28,781 nucleotides of DNA from a virus (taxonomy: Duplodnaviria > Caudoviricetes): positions 1-28,781 of IMG/VR virus record IMGVR_UViG_3300032305_001058; one strand, 5' to 3'. Below, piece by piece: positions 17,559-27,666 of the stretch. A program made the position numbers and the translations under genes. Within the stretch, counting starts at the first letter, position 1, and the number at the start of each line of letters is the position of its first letter. The notes beneath the pieces were generated by a model, which saw nothing but the letters and a program-made list of their open reading frames with translations, did not search any database and was not told the DNA's origin.

Positions 17559-17663
17559 AGTTTTACTCTCCTAAGAGTAGAAATTGATAAATGAATAAAA
17601 ATTTATCTTCAGTCCCTGACCCCTCTTAGGGCTGTAACATCGGAATACAGTATTATCGTAGCA
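17559..17663 (-). promoter_or_regulatory. Putative capsid promoter and structured 5' leader
   Basis: TGcTACGAT extended -10 (17655-17663); leader has hairpin 17610-17634, an AT-rich stretch and a hairpin over the SD (17564-17579). Confidence 0.5.
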
Positions 17664-17667
17664 GATT

Positions 17668-18504
17668 TTACTGGTTTGCTTTGCTATATTCCGCAAACAT
17701 CTGAGCAAGCATTTCTCGCTTACCTTTGTCGTCTGTCGGTATTTGCAAATTCGGTGACACTACGCCTGCTCCACCAGCAGAACCTACAACGGTTGGGGCT
17801 GGTTCGCCACCTTGTCCTACTCCGCCAAACGGACCTACCATGGCTTGCAACTGTTTCGCTGCGTCAGCCAAAGTAATCTCACGTCCTGCGCCTAGGGCAG
17901 CGTTCATAAGGTCATACATAGCAATTTCGTGGGCTTCAGAGATGTTGTAGTTGGCTTTAAGCCCAGCCATCTCAGTTTCAAGTTCCTGGGTGTAACGTTC
18001 AGTTTCTTTTTCCAACTGCTGCTGGTACTGAAGTTCTTCCTGCTTTGTCTTGAACTCTTTCAGGTCGTTGATTTCCTTTTTCAACTCTGCAGGTACAGTG
18101 TCAAAAATGTCTTCAACATCATCACCAGATTCATTGGTCATAATGTCTGCTGCAGCCTGTGCAGCCTCTTCAGGGAGTAGACCCTGCTGACCTAGATAGT
18201 CTTTCAGTGACGAGTAGACCTCTTGCGGGTTTGATTCGATTGCACGTGCAAGGTTCAAACCGCCAAGGATTAGGTCAGATGAGACGCCTTGCTCAACATA
18301 GTCCTTGAAAGGTGTGTACTTTTCCAACTGCTGCTGGAAGTACTTGTCCTGCTCCTGAAGGTATGGGGTAACCTTGGCGTGCCAAGCCTCAGGCAATTCA
18401 GCGAGTAGTTTCTCGTGGGCTGGGTGAGCCTTTGTTTCTTCAACTGCTGGGGTTTCTACCGTCTCGGTAGTCTGGTCAGGTGTTACCTGCGTCTCATCAG
18501 ACAT
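17668..18504 (-). CDS. Capsid scaffolding protein
   Basis: Acidic, coiled-coil, between portal and capsid, low-complexity linker before a C-terminal helix. Confidence 0.8.
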   Translation of the reverse strand: MSDETQVTPDQTTETVETPAVEETKAHPAHEKLLAELPEAWHAKVTPYLQEQDKYFQQQLEKYTPFKDYVEQGVSSDLILGGLNLARAIESNPQEVYSSLKDYLGQQGLLPEEAAQAAADIMTNESGDDVEDIFDTVPAELKKEINDLKEFKTKQEELQYQQQLEKETERYTQELETEMAGLKANYNISEAHEIAMYDLMNAALGAGREITLADAAKQLQAMVGPFGGVGQGGEPAPTVVGSAGGAGVVSPNLQIPTDDKGKREMLAQMFAEYSKANQ

Positions 18505-18512
18505 GTTTTTCC

Positions 18513-20633
18513 TTACTGTATCGGTGGCTGCTCACCTTGTGGTGGAGCCTGTTGTGGGTTTTCTGGTCCCATGCCCATCATAGCCTGCTCCATAGCCTTT
18601 TGCTGTAGAGCCTGCTCGTGCATGCTAATGTGCTTCTCAAACTCTGCTTTCACAGAATCTGGAAGAATGTCGAACGACTGTGACTTGCGGAAACGGTTGT
18701 GGATTTCGACGTGCACTGCGTGATTGTCGTAGGTGTGAACCTGTACGACTGGTGGCACTGCCAAACCTACTGGCTGTCCGTTTGCGTCTACTTGACCTGG
18801 GACAATCTTGTCTGGGTCTCCGTTTGCTGCGCCCTGCTCCCATTGCATCTGGAACTGCTGGATGGTCTGGTCGTCTAGGCGCTTCATCATTAGGTTTTCA
18901 CGCTGAGCCTGGTTTTCGTCAATCTTGATGACGTTGTAGAACTGCTTCAGCATGCCCATGTCTAGAATCTTTAGGCCGTCTTGTGGTTGCAAGAAGCCCA
19001 TTTTCATCCATTCGGTGATGAGGGCTTGGCGTGCAGACTTTGAGGTTGGTAGGGCTGAGCCTGATTCGATACGAATGTCGGTACCTGATGCGATGTCTGC
19101 ACCTGATAGGACTGTTGCGTCGAATGCTCCGTCAGTTCCAACGGTCTTCACTAGGCGTGGAGATTGTACGTATTGTACAAAAAGGGTTAGGGCTTGCTTT
19201 GCGACCTTGCCGATTGCTGCCTCAATTGATGAGAACACGGTGGTCAGGTAGGCGTCGTCACGTTCCTGCAGGTAGTTGATGGCGGTGGCTGCGGTTACGC
19301 CACCTGATTCTCCACGTGAGACCTGGTGCTGACCTGATAGGTCTTCGAAGTCTGAGTGCAACTGCTGAACTTCGTTGAGCACATAGTTTGGCAGTGGCTG
19401 TAGAGGCACAGGGGTTGGGTTGGCGAATCCTGGGCGGACAGGAATCCAGATACCTGCACGGGCGGTAATCTTACGTGGGTCTACTGAGCCTTCTTGGTAC
19501 ATCATCTGTGGTTTAGCCATGAGGTTTTTGGCGTGGATGATTTGTGAGCGCAGACGGTTGTATTCACGCTGAATAGGAATCAAAGATTTGACCACTGAAC
19601 GGCGGTAGAACTTACCTGTTGGGATGCTGTAAAGGTGAGCGAACGGGTATTGCTTGTGAGCGTATGGGATGCCGTTTTCAGCCAACTGAACAATTTCGTT
19701 GTCGACGATTGTGACTAGTCCACCGTTTGGCATGTGGGGGTTGCCGTTTGGTTTGCACCACATTTCGATAACTAGTACGGCTTCTGGCTTGGCGTTGTCT
19801 ACGTTTCGCATGTCCATTAGGGCTGCGTCTAGGATTTCTGACGACGAAACCTTTGTTGGCTTAAAGTCTTTTGGTAGGACGTTGCCGAAGGTTGAGCGGA
19901 CCCACTGCTCAGACTTTGTATAGACATTAAATATATACGGCTGTGATTCGATGTTCTCTTCTGATAGGTCAGGTACGAATAGGTGGAATGGTGATACCAC
20001 TTCGAAGGCTACGTCACCCATGGCGGTTACCTGCTGGATGACCTGCTTCTGGCCTGTGTAAGGGTCTTGGACGCTTGTTGGGGTGACCTCTTTGACGCCT
20101 GAATCCCAGTAAGTTTTTACGAATGAGTTGCCTGTGGTTGCACGCCAGAACTCGGCTTTCTGCAACACGTTGGTCTGGAAAGAGTGCTTGTCGTAGATTG
20201 ACTGCCAGACCTGTTCGCCAGCCGAGGCAGACATCAGGTCGTCGTCATCGTTAGACGCTGGGGCGACGGTGGCTGATGGGTGACCTGAGGTGGTCTTAGC
20301 AATCTCTGTTCGGATAACAGGTTCGATGCGGTTGACGGTTACACGTGGCAAACCTTGAGGGTTTGGCTCTTCTTGTAGCATCTGGTTGTTGCCAACGTTG
20401 CGCCATGAGTGGTACTGGTATCCGTTGTAGAACGAGATGTTTAGGTACCATTCTTGCTCTTCAGACTTGCGGGCCTGCTTGCATTTTTCATACTCGGCTT
20501 TTACCCAAGCAACTAGTTTCTTGGCATCTTCTTGCTTCTTGAACTTGTTGAGGGTGGCGCTGTCGGTCATGTCGCCTTCTACAGGCATGCCACCTGCGAG
20601 GTTGCCGTTACTGCCGAATATGTCGTTAGCCAT
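18513..20633 (-). CDS. Portal protein (P22-like, 706 aa)
   Basis: VNRIEPVI, VVSPFHLFVPD, YPFAH, LIPIQREYNRLRSQI, FEDLSGQ...TAATAINYLQE patterns; Gln/Pro-rich C-terminus; between terminase and scaffold. Confidence 0.9.
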   Translation of the reverse strand: MANDIFGSNGNLAGGMPVEGDMTDSATLNKFKKQEDAKKLVAWVKAEYEKCKQARKSEEQEWYLNISFYNGYQYHSWRNVGNNQMLQEEPNPQGLPRVTVNRIEPVIRTEIAKTTSGHPSATVAPASNDDDDLMSASAGEQVWQSIYDKHSFQTNVLQKAEFWRATTGNSFVKTYWDSGVKEVTPTSVQDPYTGQKQVIQQVTAMGDVAFEVVSPFHLFVPDLSEENIESQPYIFNVYTKSEQWVRSTFGNVLPKDFKPTKVSSSEILDAALMDMRNVDNAKPEAVLVIEMWCKPNGNPHMPNGGLVTIVDNEIVQLAENGIPYAHKQYPFAHLYSIPTGKFYRRSVVKSLIPIQREYNRLRSQIIHAKNLMAKPQMMYQEGSVDPRKITARAGIWIPVRPGFANPTPVPLQPLPNYVLNEVQQLHSDFEDLSGQHQVSRGESGGVTAATAINYLQERDDAYLTTVFSSIEAAIGKVAKQALTLFVQYVQSPRLVKTVGTDGAFDATVLSGADIASGTDIRIESGSALPTSKSARQALITEWMKMGFLQPQDGLKILDMGMLKQFYNVIKIDENQAQRENLMMKRLDDQTIQQFQMQWEQGAANGDPDKIVPGQVDANGQPVGLAVPPVVQVHTYDNHAVHVEIHNRFRKSQSFDILPDSVKAEFEKHISMHEQALQQKAMEQAMMGMGPENPQQAPPQGEQPPIQ

Positions 20634-20637
20634 AACC

Positions 20638-20964
20638 TTATTCCACGTCGTCTGCTAGAGACTTCCATGCTTTCAGCATTTCCGCTTCTTGCTGTTCCAA
20701 TAGTTCTATCTCATCGCCAGATAGATATGGTCCAGTATACCTTGTTTCAGGCTCAACTGTGACTGTTTGTATCTGTTGAAATGCTAAAGGGTCTTTACTT
20801 GCGAGTAGGTTGCTTAGGTGCTTTATCGTGTCGTTCTGCACCTTCGACAACTTCACTTGGTCCTGACTTGCTTGGCTTAGAGTTTTGAACAGGCTCCGCC
20901 CCGCTAATACTGTCGCTGTAAGAAACAGCAAACACAAAATCAGTAACGCTACCACGAATTCCAT
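20638..20964 (-). CDS. Membrane-anchored hypothetical protein (108 aa)
   Basis: N-terminal TM FVVALLILCLLFLTATVLA, SD-like AGAGGGA, ends 4 nt before portal start; first 170 nt overlap the upstream gene. Confidence 0.7.
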   Translation of the reverse strand: MEFVVALLILCLLFLTATVLAGRSLFKTLSQASQDQVKLSKVQNDTIKHLSNLLASKDPLAFQQIQTVTVEPETRYTGPYLSGDEIELLEQQEAEMLKAWKSLADDVE

Positions 20965-21235
20965 TTATTAGTCCCTCTACTAGGTCTGGTACTTTCTTTA
21001 GTTCTGTTTCACGTGAAACAATTTCGGCTTTTAGGGCTGCGATTTCATCAAGCAAAGGCTGCTTAGGGGCTTGGCCTATGAACTCTGCCAAGTCATTTAC
21101 GCACTGTAGGCAGAGCATGGCGTTGCCACCTGACATGAGGTCTGCGCCCAAATCAAATAGGTTTATGTTGCTTCGGCACCCTACGCAGGTACCAGGAAAT
21201 GGTGCACCGTTTGGGAAAACGTTGAACTGTCTCAT
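20795..21235 (-). CDS. Zinc-finger plus coiled-coil hypothetical protein (146 aa)
   Basis: CVGC...CLQC, coiled coil LLDEIAALKAEIVSRETELKK; ATGA overlap with terminase stop. Confidence 0.75.
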   Translation of the reverse strand: MRQFNVFPNGAPFPGTCVGCRSNINLFDLGADLMSGGNAMLCLQCVNDLAEFIGQAPKQPLLDEIAALKAEIVSRETELKKVPDLVEGLINGIRGSVTDFVFAVSYSDSISGAEPVQNSKPSKSGPSEVVEGAERHDKAPKQPTRK

Positions 21236-22767
21236 CCTTCTAACTCTCTAACTGAGGCTACGCCTCTCCAATTGTCGCCCCATTCGGACGAGTCATCGTA
21301 GTCTTTGAACTTTTCGGTTGAACCAAAATGTTCTCTAAAGTCTCGATGAAATCCGTCTCGTTTGGAATCGCTGAACTGTTTTTCTGGGGTCAAGTCGTCC
21401 ATGAATGTCATGGCGTACTTAAGAGCATCATAGCAGTGATTGTCTTTGTCTCGTATGTCTTCTAGTTTATTTTTTTGTTCCGCAACCTTGGCTGAGGCGT
21501 GTTTCTTCCACTTCAGTTTAGGGAGTTCTGCAATAAGATGTGGGCAGTCATCCGTAATCATCAGATAAGGTTTCTTGGTTTTTGGATTGATTTTCATGTA
21601 TTGCTGAATCTTTTCCAACCCAATTCGGCGGTCTGACGGGATGTTATCCACAGCCAAGTAGATGCCGTGCTTGGCGTATTCTTGCAGGATTGACGTGCCA
21701 GTGTGCTCTTTGGTTTGCTTGATGGCTGGGTCACCAGTGGTCAGGTAGAGGTCAGCGCCACTATCTTTAATGATTTCCCTAGTCCAACGATTCACTACTT
21801 GGGCGTGTTGCTCAACGTTCCATTTCGACTGGTAATGCTCTTTGAAGACGACAATAGTTCCATCTTCGTCAACTGCCATCCACAACCAGACGGTGGGGTT
21901 GGTGTATCCCGAATCCATTGTTCGAATAATGCGATGTCTGCTTGTGGGTTGGAACTGCCCTCTAGGTATACAGTGTGTGATAGGGCTGAATTCTGGAAAG
22001 ACTGAACCGCCAAGATGGATGTATTGTCCGTTCTTACGGATGAGGCGTTCTTCTTCGGTGAGGTTTTCCATGAAGCGGGCAATAGCGTCCTTGCTGAGCG
22101 AAGGGTTGTCCTCCATGCTTGCTTCAACAATTCCAATGTCTTTAGTTCCTTCTTTTGCTGGGGTGTATACGTCGTCAAAAATCCATTCCATACCTTCGAC
22201 AGGGGTTTGGCTCATCCACCAGTCTCCGTCAGTATCGACAAGACGGGCTAAGCATTCCAGCCAGATTGACTTAGGGCACTCCTCGTCGAAGTGCACGAAG
22301 TGGCGGGATGAACCTGCGAACTTGTCCAGGTCTTGGTCTTGGGACATGAACTCTACGAATGACCCATTGTTTAGGGTTAGTACGTGGCGTTCACGGCTGT
22401 ATGACTGCTCCCATGAACCGTTGATTAGGTACTTTTTGGGCAGCCATTGTTTCCATAGTGGAAGGATAATCTTATCCACACCGTTCAAGAAGTCCACTGC
22501 GACGACACGCCCACGCACTGGTTCGTCGGGCATTTTGCGGAATGGGTGGGTTTTGGTGACGTAGTAGATGCCTTCGATGGTGGAGCCTAGGGATTTACCT
22601 GAGCGGTTACCACCGATGTATAGGCGGGCTTTTTGTTGTAGTTTGTGGAAAGCCAGTTGTTTATCTGATGCTTTGTAGTCGTACAGGCTGGGGGTGTGAA
22701 CGGATTCGGACAGCCCCTCTCCTAGTTGGAGCAGGACGTCCTGTAAGTCGAACGAGTCTTTAGCCAT
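21232..22767 (-). CDS. terL: Terminase large subunit
   Basis: Walker A GGNRSGKS, Walker B FVHFDEE, coupling motif SQTP, nuclease acidic residues MDSG, GDPA, DNHCYDA. Confidence 0.96.
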   Translation of the reverse strand: MAKDSFDLQDVLLQLGEGLSESVHTPSLYDYKASDKQLAFHKLQQKARLYIGGNRSGKSLGSTIEGIYYVTKTHPFRKMPDEPVRGRVVAVDFLNGVDKIILPLWKQWLPKKYLINGSWEQSYSRERHVLTLNNGSFVEFMSQDQDLDKFAGSSRHFVHFDEECPKSIWLECLARLVDTDGDWWMSQTPVEGMEWIFDDVYTPAKEGTKDIGIVEASMEDNPSLSKDAIARFMENLTEEERLIRKNGQYIHLGGSVFPEFSPITHCIPRGQFQPTSRHRIIRTMDSGYTNPTVWLWMAVDEDGTIVVFKEHYQSKWNVEQHAQVVNRWTREIIKDSGADLYLTTGDPAIKQTKEHTGTSILQEYAKHGIYLAVDNIPSDRRIGLEKIQQYMKINPKTKKPYLMITDDCPHLIAELPKLKWKKHASAKVAEQKNKLEDIRDKDNHCYDALKYAMTFMDDLTPEKQFSDSKRDGFHRDFREHFGSTEKFKDYDDSSEWGDNWRGVASVRELEG

Positions 22768-23191
22768 GTATAAGTTTTGTTAAATCGCTGAGGCGGAGGC
22801 GAACAATAGATTCGTCAATAACGTCAAGGTGAGTACGCAGATAGATAATGTCCTGAACTTTGGCGTAAGCCCACCATTCACCAGCCCTAGGGTAACCAAC
22901 ACCAGCACGTTGAGTAACAAGAAAACCAAATTTGGCTGAAGCATTTTTTCGCTCCGTTTCTGCTTCTTGCATCCATTTTTCGACTTGACCGTAGGATGCT
23001 TCTTTAGCCATCTTACCGCCTTTGATTTCAAAGACGATAAGCCCGTAGGATTCTCGCAACCAAACGTCGCCTTCATCGGCGGTGCCTTTTAGGACGTTGC
23101 GGTGTGCGTCGAGTGGGTTGTAGCCTGTGCTTAGCAGGTAGTTTCTTACAGCCGTTTCGGCTCGTGTACCAATGTCTTTTGCTTTACTCAA
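22760..23191 (-). CDS. Holliday junction resolvase (PD-(D/E)xK nuclease)
   Basis: SKAKDIGTRAE, DEGDV, FEIKGG, WMQEAETER motifs; TTG start after SD AAAGGAG. Confidence 0.85.
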   Translation of the reverse strand: MSKAKDIGTRAETAVRNYLLSTGYNPLDAHRNVLKGTADEGDVWLRESYGLIVFEIKGGKMAKEASYGQVEKWMQEAETERKNASAKFGFLVTQRAGVGYPRAGEWWAYAKVQDIIYLRTHLDVIDESIVRLRLSDLTKLIHG

Positions 23192-23208
23192 GGTCGTCTC
23201 CTTTACGC

Positions 23209-23214
23209 TACAAT
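23209..23214 (+). promoter_or_regulatory. Putative -10 box, leaderless transcript for tail-fibre operon
   Basis: TACAAT 6 nt upstream of ATG 23221; no SD. Confidence 0.6.
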
Positions 23215-23220
23215 AGTAGC

Positions 23221-23474
23221 ATGTCGCCTGTTTTGAATGCTGAGGAAGTTAATGCTTTACACATTAACTCCGATAAGGACTCTAGCACACAGGCACAGCA
23301 CCACACTTTAGGTATTAAGCCTACACAGGCAGCACCAGGTAACCACAGTCACGATGGTAAAGATTCGGTACGAATCAAGTTTTCTGACATTGAGGGTGGT
23401 TGGATGAATGTTGATGGCGGAGAACCTTGGACGATTTATACACCTATCCCAGTGCTTGATGGCGGAGGAATTTA

Positions 23475-23475
<1 letters not shown>
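23221..23475 (+). CDS. Small His-rich fibre-associated protein (84 aa)
   Basis: HHTLG...[11 protein letters not shown] and C-terminal VDGG/LDGG motifs; start re-assigned to ATG 23221; TAATG coupling to fibre gene. Confidence 0.75.
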
Positions 23476-25705
<2,230 letters not shown>

Positions 25706-25706
<1 letters not shown>

Positions 25707-26626
25707 TGAGAATTAACATAGGGGCAATTGCATCATCAATCCGCAATAGGTTTATTGACAGTTTTAACCGTACGGACACTACAACAAGCCTAGGGGCCAG
25801 TAGCGATGGGTCATTGTGGGGTGCTTTGCGAGGCACCATGAAAGTAACAACTAATAAGGCTACGTCGTCTGATGCTGCTGGTGGAAGTTACCCTGCAGCC
25901 ACCATCAAAATGCCTAAACAAGATGTCACGATTTCTATGACTGGCACAGGCAATGGTTCGGGGTCGATGCTTTGGGCTACCGACTCTGGCAACTGGTGGG
26001 CTACTGACATCTACGCCTACACCTATTCTGCCCCTTGGTTCTATACACAATTTAGCGGTTCTTACACGTGTAACGCTTTTGGAAACGTTAGTGGCTGTGA
26101 CACTTTTGCTATTGGTAACTACAACAGAACTTGCAACGTTTCAGGTTATTGCTGCCCCACTTGCGTTGCTTGGAACTCTAATAACATTAGGAATGCTGCT
26201 TACTGCAGAACCTATAACTATAGTGCGAATTACAGTTGCACGACGGCAATCGCCAACTACAACTGCGCTGGTTACTACACTTATTCTGTTTGCAACTCAA
26301 GTACAGCCAACTACAGCACCATCCAGGGTGGTACCTACTACTACTACCCAACCTATTTGCGTGTAATCAGGTCAATAGGCAACTCGGTATCGACAGTGGT
26401 ACAGTCTTACCTTGGAGAAAACCTCAACATCCAAAGCCTAAAAACCATTACCAACGGAACCCAGATTACGGTAAAGGGCTACTCTGACACGAACCTAACC
26501 ACTCAGGTAGGCTCAGATTTGGTATACACTGCTACAGGAGCAGCCGTAACCACAGAATACGGTATCGTGCTAACCCCAAGCGGTTACAATGGTGTGTATA
26601 CGGTGGATTCAATCACAATAGAATAA
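25706..26626 (+). CDS. Putative receptor-binding / fibre-tip protein with Cys/Tyr/Asn-rich insertion (306 aa)
   Basis: Start at ATG 25706 (TAATG overlap); FIDSFNRTD beta-sandwich-like start; 10 Cys within 75 codons at 26069-26293. Confidence 0.7.
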
Positions 26627-26644
26627 AACTCAACGGAGACGACA

Positions 26645-27334
26645 ATGAGACTAATAACTTTTACATCAGTAAACAAACGCACGCTACTGGGCAAACCCCA
26701 ACCAATAAAGCATTTCTTACCTGAATGGTATAGGAAGTCTGAAACAAGTTTTGTTGACAAGCGCACAGGAAAAACTCAGCACGGGCTAAAAACCTGTGTG
26801 CCATTTTTGGATGCAATGCTAAGCGGGTACACGCTATTGACTCCTGTAGACATCCACGTTTCACGTAATGAAGACGGGACATTGAAACTTGGCTGGAACA
26901 GCCCAGGAGAACTGTCATCGTTTATCGGTGAACGTTCAAGAGAATCAGGCAAAATGATTCCCGTCCCAGCAGGCCACCTAAACAACCACTTGATTTGGTC
27001 CAACGAATGGGGCATCAAACTTCCTCGTGGCTGGAGCATGCTCATCTGCCACCCACTAAACCGTTTTGACCTACCGTTTACAACCACGGCGGGCATTATA
27101 GATAGCGACAAGTTCTGGGCTAACGGCAACCTGCCGTTTTATCTCAAGGCCGATTTTATTGGCACCATCCCAGCAGGCACACCAATTGCTCAACTAATTC
27201 CTATTAAGAGAGCAAAGTGGGCTGCTAACTACGACCAGTCATTGGCTAACGAATACGGCAAACAAGGCACGATGGTTAGACAACCAGAGAACACTTACAA
27301 GAAAAAACTTTGGGTACGTAAGGAGTACAGGTAA
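26645..27334 (+). CDS. dUTPase-fold-like protein (DUF6065-like), paralogue 1
   Basis: LPEWYRK, KTCVPFLDAMLSGY, HPLNRFDLPF, GIIDSD, GTIPAGTPIAQLIPIKR; SD GGAG. Confidence 0.65.
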   Translation: MRLITFTSVNKRTLLGKPQPIKHFLPEWYRKSETSFVDKRTGKTQHGLKTCVPFLDAMLSGYTLLTPVDIHVSRNEDGTLKLGWNSPGELSSFIGERSRESGKMIPVPAGHLNNHLIWSNEWGIKLPRGWSMLICHPLNRFDLPFTTTAGIIDSDKFWANGNLPFYLKADFIGTIPAGTPIAQLIPIKRAKWAANYDQSLANEYGKQGTMVRQPENTYKKKLWVRKEYR

Positions 27335-27666
27335 TGGACCAGAATGAAATTCAAGAAGTAGTAAAACTATCAACTTGGGACCTAGTAAAACTTGGCATTC
27401 ACAAAGTTGTAAAAAACAGAGTTAAACTACCAGCCGTCCTTGACGTGCCAGGTCCGCCACCACCAATCAAAATTAACCACATCGCCATAGTCCTAGATGG
27501 CGAAGTTCAAGAAGTGATTCATACCGAAAACAGGATGGCTGCGCTATTGCTCAGCGGTCCAGAGTTCATCGAGTTTGAAGAAGCCGAAACCATTCCAACA
27601 ATTGGTTGGGGTTGGGATGGCGAAAAGTTTACTGAGCCAAGCCATGAAGGCCACGACCATGCGTAA
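27334..27666 (+). CDS. Tail-fibre assembly/chaperone-like protein
   Basis: HIAIVLDGEVQEVI...IGWGWDGEKFTEP resembles small fibre-associated proteins. Confidence 0.55.
   Translation: MDQNEIQEVVKLSTWDLVKLGIHKVVKNRVKLPAVLDVPGPPPPIKINHIAIVLDGEVQEVIHTENRMAALLLSGPEFIEFEEAETIPTIGWGWDGEKFTEPSHEGHDHA

Noticed and set aside
17559-17667. tRNA or known riboswitch in the largest intergenic gap
   Set aside because: No cloverleaf, T-loop or recognisable aptamer consensus; retained only as a structured leader
20638-21235. Overlapping gene pair as Rz/Rz1 spanins
   Set aside because: No convincing lipobox arrangement, upstream protein is a soluble Zn finger, and the pair is far from the lysis genes
26060-26350. 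AAC/TAC-rich stretch resembling a DGR template or variable repeat, next to a fibre with an Mtd-N-like anchor
   Set aside because: No reverse transcriptase and no second near-identical copy differing at adenines in the window; explained by Asn/Tyr-rich coding (cannot exclude a DGR outside the window)
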